Shown in pieces: positions 12,955-25,800 of a DNA stretch of 64,000 nucleotides (positions are counted from its first letter, which is position 1; each line of letters opens with the position of its first letter). The translations under genes were made by a program, and so were the position numbers. Origin of the DNA: Isurus oxyrinchus (taxonomy: Eukaryota); assembly GCA_026770705.1 (NCBI GenBank), contig JANJGN010000011.1, forward strand, positions 92,628,001 through 92,692,000, written 5' to 3'. The notes beneath the pieces are model-generated. The model made no database searches and had not been told where the DNA came from. It worked only from the letters and a program-made list of their open reading frames with translations.

Positions 12955-13125
12955 ATGCAAGCAACATCTAAAAACAAGTTATCTGGTCACTCATTGATGT
13001 TTGTGGAACCTTGCTGCACACACATTGGCTGCTGTGGTTCCTACATTAGCATGGTGACTACACATCAAAAAATACTTAATGGACTGTGAAATGATTTGGG
13101 AGGTCCTGAAAGGCATTATATAAGT
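12955..13125 (+). mobile_element. Deu-domain SINE (SacSINE1-like), 3' fragment
   Basis: TTATCTGGTCA..TGTTTGTGGAACCTTGCTG..ATTGGCTGC..CCTACATT..GTGACTACAC..CTGTGAAATGATTTGGGAGGTCCTGA, homologous to 60760-61145 and 61930-62130. Confidence 0.75.
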
Positions 13126-13329
13126 TTTTGTTGTTGTTAGCAAATGGTAAGCAGGAACTGGCTGGGATATTTAACAAGTATGGTAGGTGCTTCAGTGTTA
13201 ACAAAAGAGAAGGACATTGGGGATGCCTTGTCTTGAAATTGGTTAAAAACAATGTGACAGATATTATAATAAATTGTTATAAAGAAGCTATTTAATATGA
13301 AGGAGGGTAAAGTTCTGATGAGATACATC

Positions 13330-13905
13330 CAAGTGCCATGAGGGAAATGAGGCAGAAATTACATTGAAAGTGAATTTGTGCAAAAGATCTGGAAAGCGGC
13401 CAATAAAATTTCCAAAAAGGGAGAGAGTCAACCCAAGTAATTGCAGGCCATAGAAAAACTCAAGGCTTTAGAGAGAGTACCATGCAGGTTTACTAGGATG
13501 CTGACTGGCATGAGGACGTTAAAAATATAAAGAATGATTTTAAAAAACAAGGTAAGACTATTTTTGTTGGAGCAGAGGAGATTAAGGGGTGATTAGATAT
13601 GTTTAAAATTATGAAAGTGTAGGGCAGAGTAGGTGGAAAGAGACTCTTTCTTGTGAATGAGACATTTAAAATGAGGGGAAATTGATAGATGTTAAGAAAT
13701 TTAGGATGGAAAAGAGAAGAAGCTTTTATACACAGAGGCCATTGGAATTCAATTCCAGAGTTGATGATTCAAGCAGAAACCAATTTAACATTTAAGAATA
13801 TGTTAGATAAGTGGTCGAAGTGATGTGGGGCTGCTGCTCATATGGAGGATAAACAACAAGTCAGACTGGTTAATCTGAATAGCCTGTTTCTGTCTGGTAT
13901 TTTCT
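13330..13905 (+). mobile_element. Degraded CR1 fragments (RT pieces and 3' end)
   Basis: KALERVPCRFTRML..., EQRRLRGD..MFKIMK and a CR1-like 3' hairpin region (GAATAGCCTGTTTCTGT). Confidence 0.7.
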
Positions 13906-13907
13906 AT

Positions 13908-16167
13908 GGGCTGGATCTTAACAGGTGGAGGGTGGGTGTGGGGCGCAGTTCCCCACCTCCCCATCCAGACTAAAATGTTGTGGGCTAGCTTGCCCGATAT
14001 CCTGATGGCTGCCCTGCAGAAATTTAACACTGGGAGCATGGTTAATTGCTTTGAGACCAGACTTCTGCCTCTAACTCAGCTCTGTTTTAGAGCACTGCTG
14101 GCCAATTGGGTGGCCAGTTGCTCCACAGTACCAGCAGCGCCAGGCGGGCATTCTCACCACACCGAGGAGCCCAGGTAAGTCCAGGGTCAGGGGTCTCAAT
14201 GAGGGTTGGTGAGGTGGGGATTGGGCGCAGATTCAAGAAGCCAGGGTAGGGGGAGGATCAAAGGGGGGAAGACCTTGGGGGCTTGCCTCTGATGGGCCTT
14301 GGGAACCCAGAAAGGAGGTCTCCCCACACCACTTGCCCAACACCAACCTTCAAAGCTAAAGCTGCCGGGTTTCCTGCATGGCTTCCGCCTTCTCCACCAT
14401 AGATAAAATAGCGATGGAGGCAGGATTAGGCCATTAATGTAGCCATTAATTTGCCAATGAAGTGCCTCAATAGGGCCCAAGGGTGAGTGGGCCGCCTGAT
14501 ATCTTCCCCTGTCACATAAGAGGGTCAGTAAGGTAAAGGGGGACTTGGAATTTGGTAAAGAAATGTCCTTGGCTCTGCATTGGTGGCATGGAAAGTGGTC
14601 ATGCAATGTTCAAGCATTGAATTGGGTCATCACCCATCTGGCATCATGAGGGCAGTAGAGCAGGGGACGAGGGTGCCAAGGACCATGGAGTGGCCACCTG
14701 TCCAAAAGGAAGGAGGCAGCTGGAGATGGAAGTACTATCAGATTTTTAGCCCAGTGGCAATGAGGGACAACATCTTCTGAAGGAAAGATGGAACCCTGAG
14801 TAGCAGGAAGGCAAGGGGAAATAAAGAGGGGCAGGAAGGTAATAAAGGCCATACCCTCACCACAGGATCTACCGTCGAAGATGGAACTAGCTGGAGATGA
14901 CCAAGACCCAGTGCAACACGATTCTACAATGGCCCAGGCAGATGGGCACAGATATCTGTAGCTTGGTGACTTAAGACTTTGCACTTCACAGCACTGCTCG
15001 CTGTGCCCTGCTCTTAGAAGTTCTTTGATCCTGACTCCTTGCAAGGACCTTCTGCATTTCTTGGTGACAGCTTGCAAGCTGCTGCACACCATTGCATTTT
15101 GTAGGTCATTGATGCCCTCTTTCCCAGAACGGGACAGTACATTCCTTTCATGACAGATATGGCCTCACAGAGACAGACAGCAATGTATTTCAGCACTATC
15201 TCTGGATTCCCCCAGGTACAGGACATCATTGGTTGTACACATGTGGCAATCAAGGCACCCAGAGACCAGCCAGTGAAATCCATCAACAGGAAAGCCTTCC
15301 ACTCCCTCAATGTCCAACTGGTTTGACCACAAGAATTATCTCCATGTGTGTAAGCTGACATAGCTCCATCATCCTCCAGCAATCCAGACTGCCTCAGATC
15401 TTCACTCCAACCTACACAAGTATATGAATGGATCCTAGGGAACAAAGGACATCCCTCAAAGACATGGCAATTCACCCCGCTACGAGCCCCAGACAAAGGC
15501 ACAGAGGTGATACAACCGATGCAATCTGCTCACTAGGACAACCACTGAGCGGGCTATAGGGCTTCTGACGATGCAATTCTGGTGCCTTACCTGATTGGTT
15601 GGTGTCCCAGATACTCTCCTGCAATGGTCTCAGTCATTGTGATGGACTGCTGCACTCTTCATAACATGGCCCTCCAGAGAAATGTAGACATTAAGGATGG
15701 TGAGGACCTGGAAGGACATGGTTTATCTTTGAAGGAGCAGGAGTTGAGAGAGGAGAAGGAAGAGAGTGCAGAGGGAGGTAAACAGAGCTAACCCCCCCAG
15801 GAGCAGTGGCCTGCTCCTGTCATGCTTTGGGAAGAGGACCTCCCTCACAGCCTCCAGCATTAAATATAGGTTGACATTGATGAAGTGAGATATCTTACTT
15901 CCTTCTGGTGCTGTGGAAGACTTTGGCACAATCTGCAGACTGCCCCTTAAGACAAGCAGTGACGGCTGCTGTGTGGAGTCTAAATCAGTCCCACACTTCA
16001 TCTGAGCCAGCTCCATTCCTACCCCCAGTGACTCTAAGTGGACAGGATATCCATATCGATTAAGGACTCACCCCCTGAAAAAAATAATCAGTTTCCTACT
16101 GGAGACAGGTTTCTGACCCAAAAAGCCCTGAAACCTGCTTCCCGCCTTGGTGGTGAAAATCCAGCCC
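13908..16167 (+). mobile_element. Harbinger derivative with decayed transposase (about 14760-15860)
   Basis: TIRs GGGCTGGATCTT...AAAATCCAGCCC. Reads ISGFPQVQDIIGCTHVAIKAPRDQP..INRKAFHSLNVQLV, WILGNKG, CCTLHNMALQR and an acidic tail, with stops and frameshifts. Confidence 0.85.
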
Positions 16168-16556
16168 ACAGAGTTTGTCAATAGAAGCTGGAATTTCCCA
16201 TGCCCTGGGCCCAAACATTGAGATTGAAGCCCAAGTTGTGCGGGCAATTGGAGAAGGATAACCCTAACTAGGGAAAAGTTCTTGGAAGCATTTTCTAAAT
16301 GAATTTATTAATTGTGTGAGTAAGTTTAGAAACTCTCATAAAGGTTCATTTTGAAGTATCATATTTTAAATGCTATTTTTAAGCTGTCTATCCTAAATGG
16401 AGTGCAGAGGAAGGAAAACGGTCAAACGCAGTTTATCATAATTATTTCAGTATTTTGTTTGGCTTCATGATAGAAGATTCCTCATCTCTGATTGGTAGTG
16501 AAAGCAGTTAGATGTTTGAGCATATCAAAATGTTTAGTTAACCCAACTAATAAACA

Positions 16557-17661
16557 GACTTAAAGTGGGATGCATAGCTAACTGTAATGTGTGATACATG
16601 CCTAATGCAAAATTTATAATTCTAGTGATATATTTCTTTTAATTTTCTTTCCTTTCTCATCTTTCTCTGTCTCATGGCAGTCACTCGACTCCAACTAAAG
16701 AAATGGCCAGATGATCCACTGTAGCACCTCTCTTGAAGCTGCCACCAACTGGGTGTGAGGAGCGAGGCTGGTTTCTGCCTCCAGTACAGCTGGGATAAAT
16801 AAACAGGATTCTGGCCTCTGAACATAAAACGAAGATGTGCAATCCATTTCTTTGCAGAACTTCAAAAGTTTGCTATCACAAGTTCAGCATGATGATTCAC
16901 TTAAAGCGAGTAATCAGAATATTTTACATACACTGTTTTGGAAATCTTAATATTTGGACAAACTTTCCAAATGATGTAACTACGTTCCATCAGCAAAACA
17001 CAGCCAGATAATCTATTCTCAGTATTAACATCATTGCACAAAAGAATGCTATGAGGTGTATCTAAGACTAAAATAAGGAACGTTATTTATGCTAAGATAT
17101 GCTAAATGCCTGTTTTGGGGAACAAGCTATATGTAAAACACTTTTGTAGGGGCGGTCTGTTTACACAGAAAGTTTTGCTGAGTGAGTTTTAGGTTGTGAG
17201 TTGTACAATTAATTTCTGTTTCATTTCACAATGAGAGTAATTTTAACAAACAAGGAAAGGTGGATTGAGCCACAGGGAAAGTAAAAAAAAAAAATAAGAA
17301 TTTTAAACCCAACACCAAGCCACCTCCTATGACCCATGCTGAACTTGTGATAGCAAACTTTTGAAGTTCTGCAAAGAAATGGATTGCACATCTTCGTTTT
17401 ATGTTCAGAGGCCAGAATCCTGTTTATTTATCCCAGCTGTACTGGAGGCAGAAACCTGCCTCGCTCCTCACACCCAGTTGGTGGCAGCTTCAAGAGAGGT
17501 GCTACAGTGGATCATTTCTTTAGTTGGAGTCGAGTGACTGCCATGAGGCAGAGAAAGATGAGAAAGGAAAGAAAATTAAAAGAAATATATCACTAGAATT
17601 ATAAATTTTGCATTAGGCATGTATCACACATTACAGTTAGCTATGCATCCCACTTTAAGTC
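16557..17661. repeat. Long inverted repeat of non-repetitive-looking DNA: arms 16557-16891 and 17335-17661, 443-bp spacer
   Basis: The arms are reverse complements, differing by 2 substitutions and one 8-bp indel (GCCAGATG, present only in the left arm). Confidence 0.97.
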
Positions 17662-18157
17662 AACAACTTCAGATCATGAACTCTCTTCTCAACCCTTTTT
17701 GATCCCCTTTTTCAAATATTTATTTTTAAATTTTCATATATACATTTTTTTCCCACCTATTGCTATTATCATTTTAAAAATTTATTTCTATTCATTGTTT
17801 AATCCCCACCTTTTAGCCTATTTTGATCTCTTCTCCCACACCGTCCCCTCCCCGCAACCTACTCCCACTAGGGCCATCTGTCACTTGCTCATCCTGCTTT
17901 CTACTCTTAATGTCACCATTAGCACCTCCTTTAGCCAGTATCACCACCCTTTCAACCTTTTGTTTATGACCTTTTTTGCAATCTCTCCTTTGCCTCCACC
18001 TATCACTGGCCTTCTATCCAGCTTCATCTGTCCCACATATATTTCACCACGTTTCTACTTCTCTTTAGTTCTGAAGAAGAGTCATCGGGACTCGAAACGT
18101 TGACTCTGTCTTTCTCTGTCAGACTTGCTGAGTTTTTGCAGCGATTTTCATTTTTGT
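17662..18157 (+). mobile_element. Heavily 5'-truncated PLE (3' UTR and tail only)
   Basis: Starts (TC)AACAACTTCAGATCATGAACTCTC, matching 57618 and 37060, and is collinear with 57620-58135. Confidence 0.9.
18067..18105 (+). ncRNA. Minimal hammerhead-ribozyme-like motif with canonical core
   Basis: AGTT-CTGAAGA-A-GAGTC(atcgg)GACTC-GAAA-C-GTT-GACT, with a perfect 5-bp stem II. Confidence 0.75.
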
Positions 18158-18789
18158 ACTAAACCACCTCCAATTTTCAGTGAATGCTGTTATCAGGGAG
18201 CAGGCAAACAATCTGCTGTCAAGATGTGGGTCGATCAGGGTTATCTTTTAGGAGGCTTTATAGCCCTATTTTTCATACATTGGAGACTGGGATTGCCAGT
18301 GCTTGGGAATTGTGGTAGTTGAAAGGAGGAGGGAAGAGCTGGATGAGGAGCAGAGGTGCTTCTCCCTGACCCAACAAGTGAGCCTCTTCACCTTCCCCCT
18401 CCAGTCCCCAGCTCTGACTAAGACTCTCCTCCACCTCCTTGATCAGTTGAAACAACTGTAACCCCCCCTCCCCCACTCCACGTCCTGCAATGTCAGTCTT
18501 ACCTATCTTCTTCCCACGTCCTTTTCCTCCCAACAGGCTGATGGTGGGAAAGTTAATGGAAAAAATTTAAAAGACATCCTGCAATTAATTTCTGCAGGAC
18601 ATTGGGGAAATCCACACTTTTGGGTTTTTGGTCTGGAAATTTCCTCAACACAACCCACTATGTTCCTGTGCCTGCCCCCCCCCACCCCCACCCCATTCAC
18701 CATCACACCCACCCCAGCATCCATCTCTCTTCACAGCCCTAAGTACACATCAGAGCTAATGAGTTCTTGATCTTGGATGGACAGCTAGA

Positions 18790-19070
18790 GGAAATCACTG
18801 TGAGATCAACAGGAGAGATGAGAGCACGTTGGAGATAAAAGGGGTGGCTGAGAGAGCAAGAGTCAATGTAAAACCAGCAGGGGGTGCAAGAGCACAGCTA
18901 GTATGAAGGGAACGATGGAGAGAACGAGAGAGTCACTGTGGGATCAACGGGAGAGGTGAGAGCACAGCGAGGATAAAAGAAGTTGTGAAAGAGCATGAGA
19001 GAGTCATCTGTGAGATAAGAGGGAGAGGCAAGAGCACGGTCAGGATAAAAGGAGTGGTGAAGGAGAGCGC
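18790..19070 (+). repeat. About 70-bp tandem repeat x4 at the CR1 5' end
   Basis: Unit approximately GAGTCACTGTGRGATCAACRGGAGAGGYRAGAGCACRG..AGGATAAAAGGAGTGGTGARRGAGC, starting near 18790, 18860, 18930 and 19001. Confidence 0.75.
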
Positions 19071-19692
19071 GATAGGCACTACAAGACGAACAAGTCTTCA
19101 AAGAAAATCAATGTGTAATGTCACAGGGAACTGGTTAAGTAATTGGTTGGTAAGTATTTTTCTCTTTTCTATCGCAACATGGGTATTTGTTTTAAGCTAG
19201 GAGCTGGGAAATTAAGAATATAAAGCAGATCACTATAGTGGTAAGTGAATTAATATGGTTATAAGCTCAGAGCAAGTCTAGAGATATTATTTGAAATTAA
19301 TAATTCCTAGGTTGTTAAAGAGGGAATAGAAATTTTTTTTTACATCATGAATGTTTGCAATTCCTGTGTCATGTGAGAACTCACATGTCTTGGGGATCCC
19401 GTGTGGAGTAAGTGTCTCCAGTTGCTGCAGCTTGAGTTTAGGATTTCTGAGTCATTGTGAAGCATCAGGGAGAATAAGAGTTTCCTGGATTGTATGTTCC
19501 AGGAGGTGACCACCTGACAGGCAGTATGAGTTCAGGATAGCAGGTGGATGACCATCAGGAAGAGTAGGGAGAGGCAAGGAGTCTAGGAGATTTCTGCTAC
19601 TCTCAGTTACTCAGCATTGGAGACTGCTGGGAATGACAGAACTCTGAACGACTGCAGTCCTAACCTTGGCACCTATGGCCAAGGAACTGTAT

Positions 19693-20920
19693 TGGCTGGA
19701 TTTTCACAACTGAGGCAGGTAGCTCAAGTTGGAAAATTTCCCAGCCCAGCACACTGTGTCTGGAAACAGTGCCCCTAACAGTGCGGTTTTCACTCAGGGA
19801 GGGCTGGCGAGTGGGTGCGGGATGGAGACAGGCCTACCTCCCCCAGACACACAGTGGAGGCAACTGCTGAGTGCCAAAGCAGGCGGTTTAAAAGACCTGT
19901 GACTTCATCTCAGTTGTTTTGTGAAATATCAGGCCCTCTAGCCCTCACCCCTCACATTCCCTCACTCCCCCCTCAACCCACTCAACATCACCCCTCATAC
20001 CCGCCATGCTCATTCATGTCCCCTACCCAACCCCACAGCCCTTTATAGCCCCCTTGCTAACTCATGGCATGTCCATGATCATTCAGCCTGTGAACACCCT
20101 GTACAGATCCGATGAGCCCTATAGTAACAAAGACACATGTGGAACTGCTTAAAAACACACATTCATAATTTGCACTTGGTTGAGAGCCCAGACTCTCATT
20201 AAGCTTTCCCTTTGTTGAAACAGATGCACAGAAGTGAAAACATTGCTTGATTAACAGCTTTACAAACATTTTTTTTATCTTAGATCTATTGTAGTTTCTC
20301 TTATTGAATCTTTAAAGGTCTGATTGATTGACACTTTTATAGGTTGTAGTAACAACAGTTTTCTTAAGAAAATTATGAAAAGTTTTTTTAAGCAGTTCCC
20401 CATATGCCATTGTTACTATAGGGCTCATTAGATCTGTACAGTATGCATACGGGTGAATGACCATGCAAGTGCCATGAGTTGGCAAGAGGACATAAGTGGC
20501 CATTGGGCTGGGTAGAGGGAATGAGTGGGCATAAGTTGGCAAGAATGCTATAAGGGGCCAATGGGGGAGGGGGGGTGGCGCGGGTTGGGGCATGAGTGCA
20601 TGGGTGGCATAACTTAGAAGTTATCTTTCAAAAGGTCCCTGAACCCAAACTGTGGTTCATGCCTCCTCTGGGGGCAATGAACCATGAGTCCTTGAGAAGC
20701 TGGTCTGACTCCATGAAAATTGTGGGGTACTAGGAGATGCCTAACCTCGTAATAGAGCTGGCCTGGTTGGGAATGCAGGATGTGTGCTCAGTGCCTGCAC
20801 CCTTCTCCCATTGAAGAAAACTGGGAGCGCCAGGACCGGGGCTAGGAATCCAAATATTGGGCCCCATCCTCCATTTTTAAAGGTCCACGGAGTCTCAGTG
20901 ACTCCACGAAATTCAGAGCC
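19693..20920. mobile_element. Harbinger-type non-autonomous element inserted in CR1 ORF1
   Basis: Ends TGGCTGGATTTTC...GAAATTCAGAGCC with 3-bp flanks TAT/TAC. Removing it rejoins the CR1 as GGAACTG-TAC-AGGTGGG. It contains an internal inverted repeat. Confidence 0.75.
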
Positions 20921-23900
20921 TACAGGTGGGAATAGCAAAGTACAGGTTCTTATAGGAGCTTCCATAGTCAGGTTTCTGGCCCTGTCAGGGTGGTACCCAC
21001 TGGAGGAGATTTGACTGCCCAGCCATAAGTCCATTGACTTTTGGTGGGACAGGATGATCCCGGCGGCGGGCAGCACCAGAAAATCCCGCTCAGGGGGACA
21101 GATAGACATTTCTGTGACCGTCATCGTGAGCCCCACATGATGTGTTACTTCCCTGATGCCTGGGTAAAGGACATCACAGAGTGGATGTAGAATATTCTGC
21201 AAGGGGAAGGGAGTGAGCCAGAAGTTGTGGCACACAGCAGTGCCAACGACATAGAGAGGGCAGGCATTTAGGTCCTAAGTTCAGATTTTCAGGATCTAGG
21301 GAGGATATTAAAAAGTAGGACCTCAAAGGCAATAATCTCTGGATTATTCTCAGTGCCACTCTCTAGCAAGAGTAGAAGTAGGAAGATTTTGAGGGTCAAT
21401 GCATGGCTTGAAGCATGGTGAGGAAGGGAGGACTTCAGGTTCTTGGCACATTGGGATCAGCTCTGACACTAAAGACATCTATTTAAAAGGGACAGGTTGC
21501 AACTCAACAGGACTGGAACTAAAGTCCTCACAGGGAGGTCCATTATTGTGGTTGGGGAGGGTTTAAACTAAACTTGCAGGGAGGGTGGACACCAACATAT
21601 AGAAGTTGAAAAGAAGAATAAGGTGCATAAAGTTAGAATACTAGGCAATATAAAAGAGGACAATAGTTTCATATATATAGGAGCAGACTAAGTGGAAATA
21701 TTAAGTTATTAGGTGAGTTCAGAGTATTGGAGAAAGTAATCAAGTCTAAATATAGGTTCCATACATGTACGTAAATGTGCGAAGCATGGTAAGTAAGATA
21801 GGTGAGTTACAAGTGCAGATTGCCATGTGGAAATATTGTGGCTATAACAGACACCTGGCTTAAAGAAAGGTAGGCCTGGGTACTAAATATTCCTGGATAC
21901 AAGGTATTCAGGAAAGATAGGAAAGGAAGTAAAGGGGAATAAGGTGGTGCCATTGATTAAGGAGAACATTACCATTTTGGAGAAAGAGGATGTGCCAGAG
22001 GGGTCAAGGACAGAATCTATTTGGAACAAAAATGATGCAATTACATTGCTTGGTGTACTTTTGGGTGCCAAGCAGCAGAAAAGATTAGAGGCAAATTACA
22101 GGGAGCTGCAACAATTACAGCATAGCTAAAATGAGAGATTTTTCCAAATATAGACTGGGATAGTTGTAATGTAAAGGGCAGAGAGGGCCAAAGTGAATGA
22201 GTGTGTTCACAAAAATTTTCTACAGCAGTATGTTCCCATTTGAGCGAGAAAGGAAGCACTACTAGACCTGGTTCTCGGGAATGCGGTGGACTGAGTGCAT
22301 CAAATGCCAGTAGGAAAACCTTTAAGCCACAGTGATCATTGTACCATAAGGTTTAGGTTGGCTATAGAAAGGAACAAAGAACAATCCAAAGTAAGAATAA
22401 TTAACTGGAGAAAAGCCAACTTCAATGGGTAGAAAATGGATCTGAGCTAGATCAACTGGGATCCAAGGTTGGCAAGTGAAACCATATCCGAACAAGAATT
22501 ATAGAAGAGATAGTTTAGTCATAGATAAGGTATCTTCCATGAAATGGAAAGGCAAGGCTAACAAATCCAGAGCCCTCTGGATAACAAAAGTGCTAGAGAT
22601 TAACCTGAAGAAAAAGCGTGCTTATGACAGGCAAGCAATACAACCAACCGAGGGCCAGGCTAAATATAGAAGGTTCAGAGGAAAAGTGAAAAAGCAGATA
22701 AGGAAAGCAGAGAGAATGTATGAAAAGAAACTAGCAGCTAACATAAAAGCGAATCCCAAAGTCTTCCTTAGGTGTATAAATAGTAAAGGGGTGGTGAAAG
22801 GGGAGTGGGGCCAAGTAGAGACCTAAAAGGGGATATATGCTTGCAGGCAGGAGGTATAGCTGAGGTAGTAAATGTATACTTTGCATCTGTTTTTATGAAA
22901 GAAGAAGATGCATGTCAGTTCATGGTAAAAATGTAGGTAACATAGATATCTGAAGGGTTTAAAATTGCTAAGAAGGCAGAATTGGATAAGGCTGTGTGAG
23001 TTGATAAGGCAGGAATAGATGGGATGCATCCAAGGATACTGAGGGAAGTGAGAGTGGAAATTGCAGAGGCACTGGCTACAATTTTTCAGTCTTCCTTGGA
23101 CTTGGGGTTGTGCCTGAGGACTGGAGAATTGTAAATATTACATTCTTGTTCAAAAAAGGGTATAAAGATAAACCCAGCAACTACAGGCTAGTCAGTTTAA
23201 CCTTGGTGATGGGGAAGCTTCTAGAAACCATAACTCGGGACACAATTAATTGTCATTTGGGCAAATGTGGATTAAGGAAAGTCACCATGGATTTCTTAAT
23301 AGCAAATCATGTTTAACTGACATGCTGGAGTTTTTTGGTGAGGTAAAAGGGTCGGTGAGGGTAATGCTGTTGATATTGTGTACATGGACTTCCAGAAGGC
23401 ATTTGATAAAGTGCCGTACAACGGACTGGTAAGCAAAGTTATAACTCGTGGAATAAAAGGGGAAGTAGTAACATGGATACAAAATTGACTGAGTGACAGA
23501 TGACAAAGAATAGTGGCTAATAGATGTTTTTCAGGCTGGAGAAAGGTATGTAGCGGAATACCCCAGGAGTCGGTGTTAGGATCCTTGCTCTTCCTGATAT
23601 ATATTAATGGCCTAGACCTTGGTGTATAGGGCACAGTTTCAAAATTTGTAGATTAAAAAATGCTTGGAAGCATTGTGAATACTGAGGAGGATAGCATAGA
23701 ACTTCAAAAGAACATTGACAGGTTGGTGGAATGGGTGGGCATGTGGCAGATGAAATTTAATGCAGAAAAGTGTGAATTGATTCATTTTAGTAGGAAAAAT
23801 ACAGAGAATGTAAAATAAAGGGTACAATTCTAAAGGGGGTGCAGGAGCAAAGGAACCTGGATTTATATGTACATATATCATTGAAGGTGGCAGGACAGGT

Positions 23901-25449
23901 TGAGAGCGCAGTTAATAAAGCATCCAGTATTTTAGCCTTTATTAAAGGGGCATAGAGTATAAAAGCAAGGAAGTTATGCTAAACTTGTATACAACACTGG
24001 TTTGGCCTCAGCTGGAATATTGCATCCATTTCCAGGCACTACACTTTAGGAAAGATGTGAAGGCATTAGAGAGGGTGCAGAAAAGATACACAAGAATGGT
24101 CTCAGGGTGAAGACTTCAATTGCGTCGGTAGATTGGACAAGTTGGGACTGTTTTCCTTGGAGAAGAAAAAGTTGAGAGGAGATTTGATAGAGGTATTCAA
24201 AATCTTGAGGGCTCTGGACAGATAGGGAAAAACTGTTCTCATTGCGTAAAGGATTGAGAACATGACAGCGCCGATTTAAGGTTATTGGCAAAAGAAGCAA
24301 TAGGACATGAGGAAAAACTTTTTCACACAGCGAGTGGTTAAGATCCGGAATGCAATGCCTGGGAGTGTGGCAGAGGCAGGTAAAATCGAGGCAATCAAGA
24401 AGGATTTGGGTTGTTATCTGAAAAGGAATAATGTGCAGGGATATGGGGAGAAGGCAGGGGAATTGCATTAGGTAAATTGCTCCTATAGAGAAATGGCACA
24501 CACATGGCCGGGCCAAATGGCCTCTTTCTGTAGCAGTGATTAACAGATGAGGCACCCTTCACGGAAAATGTGGCCAAAATCAGTCATTACCCTCCTAATC
24601 ATAGGGCTCTGAGGACACTTCTGAATAAGTTTCCTATCGTTTCAGCGTGGAAGGTGCATTTCATATAAGACCTCGAATACATTTTTGTAGCCATTATACC
24701 ATGGCCTGTCCATAACCATAACCCACCATTATCAATTTGCCTTCATTTTGCTAATAAGTCACTTTACTCTTTCCTTATCTGTATGCTTCTGTACACCTCC
24801 TTAGTCTCTGATTCTTTGGGTGTGAGAATTTTAATTCTTACTTACTCTCTCCTTTAAAGTAAACCTCTCCTCTTCAGTATGTCCCCTACAGGCTCTGTAC
24901 CTTTTCTTCTGTAAACTTTTTTATATGTCTGCCTATCACATTGGGGGTAATTTTGACTTTGGGTTATAATGTTAAATGGTCAATATTAAACTCGTCATCC
25001 ATTGGACATCCCTCCCAGCGTCCATTTCCACTGTGAAAGTGAAAATCTGGAGAAGTGTGCAATGGACAGTTGCTTTGACATTAGCTATTCTACACTATCT
25101 GCAAAACATAAAATTATCCAGCTGCCTTCCTATATATTTGTCTTTCTGCATATTTTGTACATTCTTGTATTGTCTTCATTTCAACTCACCTGCTATGGAG
25201 ACCTGGAGGTGAACTTTGTTCCAAACTTCTGATAGTCACATAAATAATGTCAACTGTCTCTGGGAGTAGGCGTTAGAGTATGTGTCATCTTTGGCATTTT
25301 GCACAAGGAATTAGGGCCTGGAAGGGAGTAGGAATTTGAAGGCTGAAGCTTGGATAGGAAAGAAAAGGATATGGGATATGGACTGCTCCACTATTATTAT
25401 TGCTGTTATATCCATGACCATTACTAGGCTGCAGTATTGGCAGTACAGC

Positions 25450-25800
25450 AATAACAACTTACATTTATATAACATCTTTTGTGTGTTCCCAGAGAGATTT
25501 ACAGAAAACTGAATACTAAGCTGAAGAGGAATGGTAAAGAGGGAGAAAAGAGGTTAGCAAGGAAGGTGAAGAAATGTTCAATATTAAGGATGTTGAGGAG
25601 GCTTTTCAAAGCAGGTCAGGAGATTTGGGATTGACAGCCAGAGATAGGGTGTAATGGTTGAAGGAACAGTCACTAATAATGAATTAGAGGAGAGAAAGGT
25701 AAAGGAGGAGGGTAGAGTGTGTACAGGAATGCATTACCTTAAGACAGAGAGGTAGGCTGGGGAAATGCCATGAATGGATCTTATAATCAGCTTGTTGATT
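25450..25800 (-). mobile_element. Degraded L2-type 3' end
   Basis: ACAACTTACATTTATATAACATCTTT tail and GAGGAGGCTTTTCAAAG..GAGA, a purine-rich antisense L2 signature. Confidence 0.5.

Larger units (their letters stand above)
18780..24540 (+). mobile_element. Near full-length decayed CR1 LINE (ORF1 Zn-finger/esterase and ORF2 APE-RT) with nested insertions
   Basis: ORF1: C.SCVM*E...SKCLQLLQLE and LIGASIVR|GTDRHFC. ORF2: YVNVRSMVSK, PEDWRIVNITFLFKKG..NYRLVSLT, YMDFQKAFDKV, GIPQESVLGSLLFLIYIN. 3' hairpin GGGCCAAATGGCC. Confidence 0.93.

Noticed and set aside
16622-17596. Twin ORFs ending RQRKMRKERKLKEIYH as duplicated genes
   Set aside because: They result from the inverted repeat. The basic tail is the antisense reading of a polypyrimidine tract.
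18790-19070. CRISPR-like array
   Set aside because: Contiguous degenerate tandem units without unique spacers, in eukaryotic DNA with no cas genes.
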